NCBI GenBank assembly: GCA_051294375.1
Contig: CM119268.1
Location: 9,312,718-9,376,717 of the forward strand
Direction: 5' to 3'
Length of the DNA: 64,000 nt
Origin: Paraspadella gotoi
Taxonomy: Eukaryota > Animalia > Chaetognatha
Shown: in pieces, positions 49,074 through 61,000 of the stretch
How positions within the stretch are numbered: the stretch's first letter is position 1
Layout of the letters: each line of letters begins with the position of its first letter
Position numbers and translations under genes: made by a program
Notes under the pieces: model-generated
Databases searched by the model: none
Told to the model about the DNA's origin: nothing
Seen by the model: the letters and a program-made list of their open reading frames with translations, nothing else

Positions 49074-52000
49074 ATGTCAGTCGACGAAGTAAACAATATC
49101 AAGGTCGGCGTTCGGGTCCGGCCTTTTAACCAAAGAGAGCGAGACGCCCGCTCCGCCTGCGTCGTGTCCATGACGGGAAACTGCACGACCCTCACGAACC
49201 CCGAGTCCAAAGAAGAGAAGACCTTTGCCTTCGACTATTCCTATTGGTCCCACTCCGACTACGAGGAAAGCGAAAACGGAGTCTTGGTTCCCGTCGACGA
49301 CAAATATGCGGACCAGAAAAAAGTTTTCGACGACCTCGGTCGTGGAATTTTGGACAATGCTTGGGCTGGGTATCACGCCACCCTATTCGCTTACGGCCAA
49401 ACCGGGGCCGGCAAGTCTTACTCGGTGGTCGGCTACGGAGCCAACAAGGGCATCGTTCCCATCGCCTGCGAAGAGCTCTTCAAGAAAACAACCGCCGAGT
49501 CCTCGAACGACAAATCTTTTCAAATTTCCTATTCGATGCTGGAAATATACAATGAGAATGTGCGGGACCTTTTGGCTTCTCAAAAGAAGGGAGTTCAACA
49601 GCATCTTAAAGTGCGCAATCATCCGACAAAAGGTTTTTTCGTCGAAGGACTCAAGGTGGTGCCCGTTGAAAATTACGAGCGCATAAAATCCCTCATGAAT
49701 CAAGGAACGCTAAATCGCACAACAGCGGCGACGAATCTCAACGCGACCAGTAGTCGTTCTCACATGCTCATCCGCGTCATATTCAAGCAGGTCTTCCTTA
49801 ACGAAAGGGGAGAGAGCACAACAAAGATCAGCGAGATCAACATGGTAGACCTTGCCGGTTCAGAGCGAAGCAACTCGGCTGGGACCAGCGGTGATCGACT
49901 GCGAGAAGGCTCGGCGATCAATCAGAGTCTTTTGACTTTGGGAAACGTGATTAGCGCCTTGGCCGAGCGAGCCCTGAAGAAAAAGGGTCTGGTGGTTCCG
50001 ATTCCGTATCGCGATTCGGTGTTGACGAAACTGCTGCAGTCGGCGCTCGGGGGAAACAGTAAAACCATTATGATCGCTGCTTTGAGTCCCGCCGCGATCA
50101 ACTACGAAGAGTCGTTGTCTACCCTCCGCTTCGCCGATCGCGCCAAGAAGATTAAAAACAAGGCTGTCGTCAATGAATCGCCGACCGACCGCCTCATTCG
50201 CGAGTTAAAAGAAGAAAACCAGCGGTTGTTGGCTCAGTTAGGCAGAGCCGCCGGGACGCAGATCGTTGAAGGCGACACTATCGACGCTCGGAGGCTTTTG
50301 GAAGAGAACCAGCGTCAGATGGAAGACATGGAAAAGTCTTGGCAACAAAAACTCGACGAGGCGAGGCGAGAATGGGAGAAAAAGCAGGAAGAGATTCTCA
50401 AGAGGGAAGAGAGCAACGGGAAGGCTCTCTGCACGGCGCATCCTTACTTGCGCAACGTCAACGAGGATGCGCAGCTGAGCGGTGTCATCAACGAGGCCGT
50501 CCCTCTCGGGGATCAAATCTTGGGCAAAGGCGGTGGCGATGTGGCAGTCAAGATCGTTGTCCGTGGATTGGGCGTGCTGCAACAACACGCCTTGCTCTGC
50601 AACGACGGCGTCAAGGTCACCATTGCACCTTTCGTTCCGCAGGCCAAAATAATGATTAACGGAATTGGCGTCGATGAGAGAAAAGAATTGCAACACCTAG
50701 ACCGAGTCAAGCTCGGTTCCAACAACCTGTTTCTCTACGTCGGTTTTCCCCACGAGAGAGACGCTAAATCAGACGAAGAAAAGATCGCCACTTACGATCA
50801 CGACTATTTTCAATCCGAACTAGCGCGCGGCACCGAGCTGTTGTTTCAAAGGTCCCACTCCAGTCTTATGCGAGACGTGACGTTCATGGACTTTCTACAG
50901 CTCTTGCCTCAAGTCACCGAGGTCAACTCGATGAGCGAGGAACTGGCGAAAAAAATCCCTTCGGCCACCGTCAAATTTGATCCGCTGATTAAGAACCTGA
51001 CCACCTGCGACGACGTCGGAAACGAAAAAACCAAGTCCATCTTGGTGAGGATGACTAATTCCAAGACCAAACAGGTCTGGGTTTGGTCAAAAGGAAAGTT
51101 CATTAATCGGAAGTACATCATCGAAGAGATCTACAACAAATTCTTGGAGGGGCAGGAAATCGTTCTGGAGAAAAAAACGGATCCATTTTGGGATCCTCCA
51201 GAAGATATTTTTCTCGGTTCTTGTCATGCATGGCTGCAGCCTCTGGCCTATCAAGTTGAGATCGACGATCAACTCGACATGCACGGTCACCACGGCGACG
51301 ACATCGCTCTGGCCACTCTGCAAATACATCCTTGCGATGCAGCAGGGAAGCTTCTTGGAGAGGAATCGGCCGTCTTGGAACCTTCGGAGTTACTGGACGA
51401 GCGAGTCGACTTTATGTTGCGTATTCCTCAGGTTGTCGGCGTTCGTTGGGTCCAAGAAGACAAAAAATCTCGCGGATTCTTCTTCTCCTTCAAATTTTTC
51501 GATTTGCCCAAAGTTTTTCGAACTAAAACGATTTGGGGAAAGAATTCAACTCGACTGGGTTTCAAAAAGCAGTTTACCATCAAGAGCGTCAACGACGACT
51601 TTCTAGAATATCTCCAGACTCACGCCCTTGTGCTGGAATTATGGGGTACGCAGAGCGGCGGAGACGTCCGCGATGAGGAAAGCAGCAGCCCTTGCGAAGA
51701 GGCCGAGAAGGAAACTACTCTCAGCGAGGGAAAAGCTCCAAGGTTAACCCGCCAAAACTCGGACCGCATGATGATTTCCCGTGCGAGCGCCAGGAGCGCG
51801 GTGGGTTTCCATTTAGTAAACCAAAGGGAAGAATGGGAATACGAGACTCTCGAAGCGGAGAAGGAAGAATTGACAAAGCGAGTGGAGGAGTTGGAAAAGG
51901 AAGTGGACCGATTGACTCAAGAAAACGTCGCGGTGAAAAGAAAAGCGAAGAAGGAAAAGCGTTTTCAAACAGACTCGAACGCCTCCAGCCGGCGTTCCTC

Positions 52001-52403
52001 GGCGGGCGCCGTGGAAATACCGACGGGCGATACGTCGGTTTTGGTGGATTCAAATCGAGTCGAGAACGCCGTCGCCGCCTCCCAAGATGCGCCTCCTTCA
52101 GTAGCCGAGGACGCTTCGAAGCAGAGATCTGAGACGGAAAAGGCCGCCTTGAAGACGCTGAAAAAATTTTTCATCGACATGAAGAACGTCGACGATCTGA
52201 TGAAAACTCTGGCTACGACTTTGCGAGACTTTGCGACTTTACGAGAGGAGGAAGAAAAAGAGGATGCATTGGTTCCGAAGTTAGAAAGCGCGGCCTCTGC
52301 TGTATCGGGAATCAACCAGCAGATGAATACCACTTTGACCAAAATGAGGGCGAAAATGAAAATTATATTTAATTTAGTAGGCAAGAGAGAAAAAGAAGAG
52401 TAA
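49074..52403 (+). CDS. KIF28P: Kinesin-3 family motor, KIF28/KLP-6-like
   Basis: Motor domain (FAFDYSYWSH, YGQTGAGKSY, SSRSH, DLAGSER), FHA region and KIF28-type DPFWDPPE segment; single 1109-aa ORF. Confidence 0.8.
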   Translation: MSVDEVNNIKVGVRVRPFNQRERDARSACVVSMTGNCTTLTNPESKEEKTFAFDYSYWSHSDYEESENGVLVPVDDKYADQKKVFDDLGRGILDNAWAGYHATLFAYGQTGAGKSYSVVGYGANKGIVPIACEELFKKTTAESSNDKSFQISYSMLEIYNENVRDLLASQKKGVQQHLKVRNHPTKGFFVEGLKVVPVENYERIKSLMNQGTLNRTTAATNLNATSSRSHMLIRVIFKQVFLNERGESTTKISEINMVDLAGSERSNSAGTSGDRLREGSAINQSLLTLGNVISALAERALKKKGLVVPIPYRDSVLTKLLQSALGGNSKTIMIAALSPAAINYEESLSTLRFADRAKKIKNKAVVNESPTDRLIRELKEENQRLLAQLGRAAGTQIVEGDTIDARRLLEENQRQMEDMEKSWQQKLDEARREWEKKQEEILKREESNGKALCTAHPYLRNVNEDAQLSGVINEAVPLGDQILGKGGGDVAVKIVVRGLGVLQQHALLCNDGVKVTIAPFVPQAKIMINGIGVDERKELQHLDRVKLGSNNLFLYVGFPHERDAKSDEEKIATYDHDYFQSELARGTELLFQRSHSSLMRDVTFMDFLQLLPQVTEVNSMSEELAKKIPSATVKFDPLIKNLTTCDDVGNEKTKSILVRMTNSKTKQVWVWSKGKFINRKYIIEEIYNKFLEGQEIVLEKKTDPFWDPPEDIFLGSCHAWLQPLAYQVEIDDQLDMHGHHGDDIALATLQIHPCDAAGKLLGEESAVLEPSELLDERVDFMLRIPQVVGVRWVQEDKKSRGFFFSFKFFDLPKVFRTKTIWGKNSTRLGFKKQFTIKSVNDDFLEYLQTHALVLELWGTQSGGDVRDEESSSPCEEAEKETTLSEGKAPRLTRQNSDRMMISRASARSAVGFHLVNQREEWEYETLEAEKEELTKRVEELEKEVDRLTQENVAVKRKAKKEKRFQTDSNASSRRSSAGAVEIPTGDTSVLVDSNRVENAVAASQDAPPSVAEDASKQRSETEKAALKTLKKFFIDMKNVDDLMKTLATTLRDFATLREEEEKEDALVPKLESAASAVSGINQQMNTTLTKMRAKMKIIFNLVGKREKEE

Positions 52404-52881
52404 GTGTTTTCTTCTCTACACTCTACAGTTACGATTTTATTTATATTTAGTATATCAGTCCTTCTCAAAATTCTTGCCAATCATTTTTAAAGGCAGTGCT
52501 CTAATTTACTTTAATTTTACAGTTTTTTATTCTTAATTTTTGAGTATGTATATGCCTTGGAGTTGATTAAGAAAAGTGGACAAAGTTGAATCTCTTCGCT
52601 GAGCTTAAAGTTTTTAGCGATGCTTCGTAAAATCATATTTGCTACGTATGTAGCGCTATCGATTTTTAACATAATTTTACACGATAATATTGTAATCTCC
52701 AGATTGCCTTTTACACTAGATATGCAACTTTTACGATCGTATACAATTTTTATATTCCGATAATATAGCTTTTTACGCCATTTACTTTGCCTGAAGTGCA
52801 GGCCAAGTCGCTAAATATGTTTGGTCATGCCCGGCCGTTATCAGTTGTCTAGTCATATTTTCCTTACACAGTGCACACTTA

Positions 52882-53473
52882 ACATCTGACACATAATTAT
52901 TGAGACGGCTTCCGGGGCCTGTAGACGGCGACCAGGACGCCGTAGAAAGCTCCTTTTTTTTTTAATGAAGCCTAGAATGTTTGTCTACCAAACTGTGAAT
53001 TTTTTTTTTATCGGCCCACGCGTTTTCAAGATGCAGTCAATTTCCTCTGAAGCGTGCCGTCAAGTCTTTGCCCAATTCTACCAAAATCATGAACAAGAAG
53101 GAGCAGCATTTACTTTACAGTATTTTTTGAAGCTAAATGTTAGCCGTCCATCTATTTATCGCGTAATACAAAGAGTAAAGTCTGGAGATACTATCAAGCA
53201 CAAAAAAGGCGCAGGGCGGCCAAGAAAACTCACGGCAAGACAGTCGCGTACTATCGTGAAAGGAATGGAAAATAAAGTTGTGTTTTCTACGTGAAAGCTG
53301 TCCCTACGCCACATTTCACAAGAAAATCGTGACTTTTTTGATTCAACTTGTTAGTCTGTATTTAGTTAATGTTATTAGTATTTAAAAATTATATTTTGTA
53401 TTTATATTTACAATAAAATGTTATAAACTTTAACACATTCAATCTTTTGTCTCAATAATTATGTGTCAGATGT
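52882..53473 (+). mobile_element. Internally deleted Tc1/mariner element with transposase N-terminus
   Basis: Perfect 25-bp TIRs ACATCTGACACATAATTATTGAGAC flanked by TA; ORF to 53294 has an HTH-like segment and GAGRPRKLT but no DDE/D domain. Confidence 0.85.
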
Positions 53474-53557
53474 TAGAATTTTTGATAACAAAAAAAATTT
53501 TTCCTAATCATTTGATCTCAAATATTTTTTTACCGATATAAAGAACCAAATTTAATT

Positions 53558-54668
53558 ATGTCCGCGAAACTCGCTGACTTGGCCGGCCGGTTGTTATCCG
53601 GCGCCGGTGGAGTGGGGACGAAACTGTTGTTGGCTTCAGGCCTTGCCGGTTACGGAGTCTACAACTCTGTTTACACAGTAGATGGTGGTCATCGCTCCAT
53701 AATTTTCTCCCGCCTCGGAGGCGTCCAACCCGGTGTTTACGCCGAGGGACTCCATTTTCGGATTCCGTGGCTTCAGTGGCCCATCATTTACGACATTCGC
53801 GCTCGACCGCGCAAGATCTCCTCGCCCACCGGGAGCAAGGACCTCCAAATGGTCAATATTTCGTTAAGAGTGTTGTCCAGGCCGGACCAAACATTCCTTC
53901 CGCAGGTACTTTGCTTGAAAATAAACTAATCAATTAGCGGAAAAATATGTATTCTCATCATCTCATCAGATTTTTCAACTCCTCGGCCCGGACTTTGACG
54001 AACGCGTGCTGCCTTCAATCTGCAACGAAGTCCTCAAAAGCGTCGTGGCAAAATTCAACGCGTCGCAGTTGATCACCCAGCGTCAGCAAGTTTCGCTGCT
54101 CATTCGCAAGGAGTTAACGGACCGAGCACGCGATTTCAACATCATCCTAGACGACGTCTCCATTACGGAGCTTACCTTCGGCGCTCAGTACACCGCCGCC
54201 GTCGAGGCAAAGCAGGTGGCGCAGCAAGACGCCCAGCGCGCCACTTTCATCGTCGATCGGGCCAAACAGGAACGTCTGGGGAAAATTGTACAGGCTGAGG
54301 GAGAAGCCAAGGCCGCCACCCTCATTGGCGAAGCCATTCAGGACAATCCCGGATACCTCAAGCTACGGAAGATTAGAGCCGCGCAAAATATAGCGAGGTA
54401 GTGAAATATTGCTGGCCAATTTATAAACTAAATTAAGGCTATTGTATGATTTTATCTAATTCGCTCCGTCTTTCCCAGAACCATCTCCCAGTCGCAGAAC
54501 CGCGTGTATCTCCAAGCGAACAATCTCCTCCTCAATCTGGCCGGAAATGAATTCGATTCAAAGTTCGACGGACGTTCAGAAGCGACGCGAGCCCGTGCAG
54601 AGATGGGCGGAAGCCATTCCGCCTCAATGGCCTGCGCGGAAGAAGCCGTGTTTTCCAATAAGGCCTAG
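53558..54668 (+). CDS. PHB2: Prohibitin-2
   Basis: [37 protein letters not shown] and [17 protein letters not shown]; three exons. Confidence 0.96.
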
Positions 54669-55027
54669 ACATTAAGATGTTCCACTTTGTGAAGGACGAT
54701 CGTTGTTTGAGGAGGGAATGATCATAATGTTAAACGATAAGAATTGTTGCCTCCTGGACTGTGATTCTGTGATTATATCAACTTTGCGGAAGTTAGATAC
54801 ATTTGTTAATGCTAGAGTTCAATTGTAATTTTTTTCATTTCAAATATAAAAAAAAAAAAACTGTTAACCTGTTTTTATTAATGAGAATCATTAGGATATT
54901 ACAAACTAATAATAATAAAACAATATTCGTGTAGATTATCGGGCAAAAAAGTTAAAAACGAATTTAAGTGTTTGGTTTTACTCGTTTGTAATTGTTTTCA
55001 GTCGTTTTCGAGCGTGCTTTTGAAATT

Positions 55028-55593
55028 ATGAGCAAAATGAATTTTTTTCGACGATCTTCCGCCTGCGTATTTTGCGACGTCGTTTGTAACCCTGGATCAA
55101 AAGCTCTTCACGAAACTTCCTCTGTTCTCGCCATTGAGGATATTCGCCCTGCAACCGAACATCATTATCTCGTCATTCCTAAGCAGCATCTTGCCGACGC
55201 CAAGGCCTTAGGGGCCGAGCACTTACCTCTCTTTCGCGAGATGGTCGACGTTGCCCGTGAATTGGTCGAAAAACGCGTTGATGAAGGGGAAAGGTAATAT
55301 AGCGACATTTTTTTTTTGACCCATAATTCGGGTTCGAAAAATAGCCAATGGCTGAACTGCGAAAGTGGAAGGAGTTAGGAGCAAAAATAAGGGATAGAAT
55401 TATCCCTAATATCTGATTTAGGTCAGACGTTGTGATGGGCTGTACGTGGCCCCCTTTCACTACGGTGTCCCATTTACATCTCCATGTGTTATCGCCAGCT
55501 TCTGCGATAAAAGGACTTTTTGGTTACTTTTCTAAATCATGGTGGTTTGTGTCGCCAGAGGCAATAATCGATCGATTGCAAAGCATGAATTAG
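55028..55593 (+). CDS. HINT3: Histidine triad nucleotide-binding protein 3-like
   Basis: CVFCDV, DIRPATEHHYLVIPKQH and second exon GCTWPPFTTVSHLHLHVLSP. Confidence 0.85.
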
Positions 55594-55663
55594 CGTTGAA
55601 TACAACTTGTTTTTATACGTTTTTATAATTGTTGTTTCGGTCTTTGAGAAAAAGGAATAAAAG

Positions 55664-56309
55664 ATGAGTATGCTTCGAAATTTTGTAACACTTTCACGTG
55701 GACAATCTGGACGAATTCTTAACCTCTCTATCGCGGCAGCCGTCCCTTCCACACGGGAGTTTGGCTCCAAGTTCGAACCGCCTTACTTGGATGAGCAAAC
55801 GCACGACCCACGATTCGAAATTGTCCAAATGAGAATCCACGGACACGACTTTGCAGTCGTCGAGAAGTTCTCTCATTTGGCGCGAAGGTTCGCCAAGCAT
55901 TTCGACGTCCCCATTAAAGACTTTTATCCAATTCCTACGCGGCAGACCAAGATGAAAACTTTTGATCAGGCAGACATGGGCAAAGAGGATGCCAAAGGTA
56001 TGAGGTTTTTTTTCCTGAAAAAAACTTTAAAAATTAATAAGTTAAAACTTGTTAAATTAACTCCCGCTCTCAGTGATTGACGAGTTTGTAATGGACAGTT
56101 ACGAGCGCGTGATCATGTTCAAAGAAGTTCCCGCCGCTTCGCTCCCTCTTTACGTTGATTTTTTGCGCAACCATCAGCCGGAGGGAGTAACATTTTCGAC
56201 CGGCAATCCCGACGAGGAACTCGAAAAATTTAGATACATTCCCGACATGGAAATGGCCGCGCTGCAACAGCGTTTGGACGATATTAACGAAGGAAAAGTC
56301 AAGTTATAA
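55664..56309 (+). CDS. MRPL48: Mitochondrial ribosomal protein L48 (S10-like domain)
   Basis: Targeting-like N-terminus, QMRIHGHDFAVVE, YERVI, QPEGV and FRYIPDME; two exons. Confidence 0.75.
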
Positions 56310-56387
56310 TTATCTTTTCCTATGAATCACGCTTTTAGATTTTTCTCTATTTCGATGCCGTTATTTATTGTTGAGTAGAAAATCCGA

Positions 56388-57830
56388 ATGGCGAGAAACT
56401 TTAGTTGGACTCGGTCTCTGGTGTCGCCCCTTTTTTCGACGACGCGATGCATTTTAGAGACGTCGCGTCTCTCTTCTCAGCTGACCGTTAAGTCGGACAC
56501 TACGGTCGACGGTGGCTCGGCTAAGGCGAATCTCATCTCAAAAGCCATGCGGGTTAGACTTTCTCATAAAAATATCGCTTTTGCTTCACAATTTGAAAAT
56601 GTTTCTCTTACCCAGGCGTACTTAGACCGCGCTCGGACCTACGACAGTTACATGACGGAACAGACTGCAGAGTTCGATCTCGGTCGTCGGCACTTGGCGA
56701 AGATCATGGGCAAAGATCCCGAAAATTTCGGTCAGGAGGACATCGACAAGGCCATTCAATATCTTTTTCCCTCTGGACTTTTCGCCCCGGCCGCTAGACC
56801 TTTCCTGCGTCATCCTTCCGTTGGTGTGAGACATTGGTTATGTGAGTAAGAAAATCTGGCCAAGAAAATATCGCAATTTTATTTCTTAGTTTTTCCAAAA
56901 AAGAAAGAGGCCCAATTTGGTTGGGACGGACGGCCCTTTCATCCTTTCTTTTACACTGGTCGACCGGCTTTCAATCAAATGCTTTACGACGGCATCGAAC
57001 ACTTGGAGCATCTCGCTGCTGCCAAACCGTCCGAAGAGGCTGCTCGAGACGGCGCCGAAGTCATGAAGACCTTTGTCAATTCGACCCAGTGGAAATCAAA
57101 GGAGGCCCTCTCCTCTCAACTCATCGAAAAGATAACCGATACGGATTACGAACGATTTGTCGCTCTGGGCGAAAGAATTCTCGAGCATCGTTTCTCCTTC
57201 CTGGCAAAAAAGTTAATTTTTTTCCCTTTTCGTCAGTTTTTCTTTATACCGCCCCGTCTTAATTTATTTTTTTTACTCGGTAGGTTTCTTACCCTCTACC
57301 GCGAGCCCATCGGAGACCTCGTCAGCGTTCGTGAAACGACCGAGCCACAGGTGGACCCAGTCACTGGCGTCCGTTTCTCCACAGGTTCCGGCTCCCGGAA
57401 ATGTTCCAAGGCTGATGTCATCCTTCGCGAAGGCACTGGCGTCGTCGACATCAACGGCGAAGATATCGACTTTTTCGAGGGCGTTCAGGAGCGTCTTCAG
57501 ATCCTGTCCCCCTTTGCCTTTTTGGGTCGGGTCAACGAGTTCGACATCGAGGCTGAAGGTAGGGCATATTCGCGATCCAGTGTAGCCAACTTTCTTCTTA
57601 TCCTCGCCCTTTCCTCTACGATCGCAGTTCAAGGGCCCGAAAATTCCTTCACGTCCAACGCGGGTGCATTGCGTCTCGCCATCTCTCGCGCGTTGACCTC
57701 GTTTTGCACTCCGACAGAGGTGGAGAATTTGAGACTGGCCGGCCTCTTGACTGAGGATCCAAGGGTCAGGGAGAGAAAAATATGGGGTCAAAGGGGCGCG
57801 AGGGCCAAGTTCACGTGGAAGCGTAGATGA
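56388..57830 (+). CDS. MRPS9: Mitochondrial ribosomal protein S9
   Basis: GRRHLAKIMG...IDKAIQYLFPSGLF, GRPFHPFFYTG and AGLLTEDPRVRERKIWGQRGARAKFTWKRR; five exons. Confidence 0.93.
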
Positions 57831-58015
57831 TCTAGGCAGTTTTTAAATTCTCTTTTGCTGTTTTGTTTATCCCTAAACCTACCACGATTTCTCTATCCCT
57901 CAATCGTTGATATACTTGGTACGTTGTCTTTAATTTAGATAAAGTCCAATCGCTTAGCGTTTTTCGAAAGCAACGCTAACATTATATTAACAACGTTATT
58001 ACTGCGATAAATGAA

Positions 58016-61000
58016 ATGTTGGTGGGGAATTTCGCAAAAAGAACAAGGTTTTGCGTCTCCTCACATTTAATACAATGGAATGAAGCGTCAGGTTATTCGT
58101 CCATTCCCGGCGTTTTCCCCGCCGTCCATTCCCGGGAAGATGTCTCCGATTCTCCCGCTGCCGTCGAACGAACAAATCCTTTGGGAATTCAACTCCTCTC
58201 AAGATCTCTCTTCCGACAGATTTTCCACGACGAATCCAAAGGTCACGATCGCGCCTCCTTGGCGGACCCAAACGTCGCCGCTGCTGTTCGGCATCTCAAG
58301 TCCCATGATCTCTGGGGCAAAGAGACGACCGTTCTTCCCGACTTAAATCTTTCGCTTCCCCAACTAAAGGGAAGCGACATTGACGAACATTTTCGCCGCA
58401 TCGCAGAAGATCAAGCCGGCGAGTATAAGCGCTTACTCATATCAATTGCAGGCGCGACTCTCCCGCCTCGACCCCATCGATGGGAGTTTCGCGACGGATG
58501 GACCGCTTACGACGCCTCGTCGGGAAAGGAGACTCCGGTGGCCTTCCCGGACGACGACGCGTTGGTCTTCGACGTCGAAGTTTTGGTAAAGGAAGGAAGC
58601 TTTCCTGCTTTGGCGGTGGCCGTTTCCGAATCCCGGTGGTACTCGTGGTGTTCCCAACGGCTCGTCGAAAAACTGGCGAGAAATGACGTGATGCGGACCA
58701 CCGACTTGATCCCTCTCGAAGATCCAAACTCTGGAAGCCGACGCGCCAAAATCGTCGTGGGCCACAACGTGGCTTTCGACAGGTCGTATGTGGCAGAACA
58801 GTACGCCATCGAGCCGGGGGCCAGTCAAGCGCGATTCGTCGATACAATGAGCATGCACATAGCCAACGGAGGTTTTTCTTGTCATCAAAGGGACGCCTAC
58901 CAAGTAATAAAAAAGAAGGAATCAAAAATTAATGATGATGAGAAAGGTTCGATATCAGGTTCGATATCGCGTTCGAACGAGCTCCGGTGGAGTCAGGAGT
59001 CGACGACTAACGCCCTCAGCGACCTATACAAGTTTTACTGCAAAAAAACTTTGTCCAAGGACGCACGGGATGTGTTTGTCAAGGGCTCCCTCGATGACGT
59101 CCTTTCCGATTTTCAGAACCTTACAGATTATTGCGCTTGGGATGTGGCGGCGACGCACGAAGTAAGTAAGTAAGTAAGTAACTCAACTAATATTATCAAT
59201 ACTGATATCAACAATATCATTCAGATTCTATCTCACCTGACGCCGGAATTCTTTGAGCGTTTTCCTCATCCCGTAACGTTCGCTGGCATGCTTGAGATGG
59301 CTCGTGTCTTTCTTCCCGTCGATGATACTTGGCATCAGTTCATCGAGAATTGCGATAACACTCGACGAGATCTCCTAAATGAGCAGAGAAAGATTTTGCT
59401 TCGTCTCGCCAACAAAGCTTGTTCGCTTGCCGAAGGCGAACTTTACAAGGTAGGCTAGTGCGATGAGAAAATGTCTTTTTATTTGAATTTTACGTACTAT
59501 TGCTTACAATTACAAACTAAATTCTTAATTGTCAAAATTTAAGATGGTTTTCATTTTTTCCAGAAAGATCCCTGGTTATGGAATTTGGATTGGTCCACTT
59601 CAACGACGAAGTTAAAGAAAGCGAAAAAACCGTCTCCTTCCGACAAAGCCGTTCAGAAAACTAAGGAACAACTGGGTCTCTTGAGTCCCGAAGGCATTCG
59701 AAATCTCTGCACCGATTTCGGTTTTCCGATCGAAAAAGACGAGAATGCGATGGAGGTATTGATGAATCCTCTCAGCTTGAACGAAATCCCGTTAAACAAA
59801 CTGAGGGTCGTTGAACTAAAAACTCTTTGCCGAATTCATGGCCTTCCTTCCACGGCAAAGAAAGGCGTTTTATACGATCGCCTTGTCAATCTCGGATTAC
59901 GTGAAAAGGAGAAATCCGAGTCTGGCCAGTTTTGCAACTCGGACGAAAATCAAATTCAAGACATCTCCATTCTTCTGGCTACTCGTGATCGGCTACACAA
60001 ATCTCAACGCGAACTTGTTGGTTACCCCGAGTGGTACAGAAAAACTTATTTGAAGTCTTCTGAGACTTCGACATTCGGCTCTTTTGGGCCTAGCCTGACC
60101 ACCAAGCTGAAAGAAACACCATCCTTACTCAGGATGACCTATGTTGAGTTTCCCTTACATTACCATGAAAAGCTCAAATGGGGTTACTTGGTTCCTCATT
60201 TAGTCGGGGCGGACCACATGAGGGCCGAAGACGGGTTTCCGTTTGGTGAGATATATAAAATTTGCAAGCATCTTGACAATAACACATTGGGATTTACTTC
60301 ACCCCAAGTTTTCAATACTTTTAACGAATGGAATGAAATCGAGAAACGTCTTGAGACTAAAGAAGATTTCGCGACTGTTTGGGAGGACACTTTACAATTG
60401 TTGGGAAGCGAACCGCCGGAATATACTAAGAAATTGTCGCCTTTCGGTCCCTATTACTTCGAAAATATTCCTGGTTGCTCGTTTTATCGGATTCCTCACC
60501 CGAAATTTGGTCCGTCCGTTGGTGATCCGTTGGGAAAGCATTTCATTTCAAGGCTGGCAGGTACGATGGTGACTAAAAAGGCACGGTTCGAGCCAATCAA
60601 CCTATATATGTTGGGTGGATATTTAAATGATGAATAAGCCGAAATCTCACAGTATTGGCTCCGGGTCCGGCTCCACTCTTTTTCTGTTTTACGTAAATAC
60701 CCCGTGTCCGTTCGCGAGTGTCAACAAAAAAATCTTTACTATATTTTAAATATTTAATAAATAAGTATAACATTAGAGGCAGAACTACTGGACGTTTTTT
60801 ATCGTCGCAATCGCTTAGCGTTTGCGACGATATTGTAACGCTTATGCGCATAAGTGGCGTCGTCGGCGGCGTCGTTGTCGTCGTCTGCGTTCCAAATTAT
60901 AGATCGCCTTTTTTATTTTTAAATTTGGGTGTATGAAGCTGAAAATTTATATACAGCTTCTCATAATCGATGTGCTTAAAATTGAGTCTGGACAGTTATT

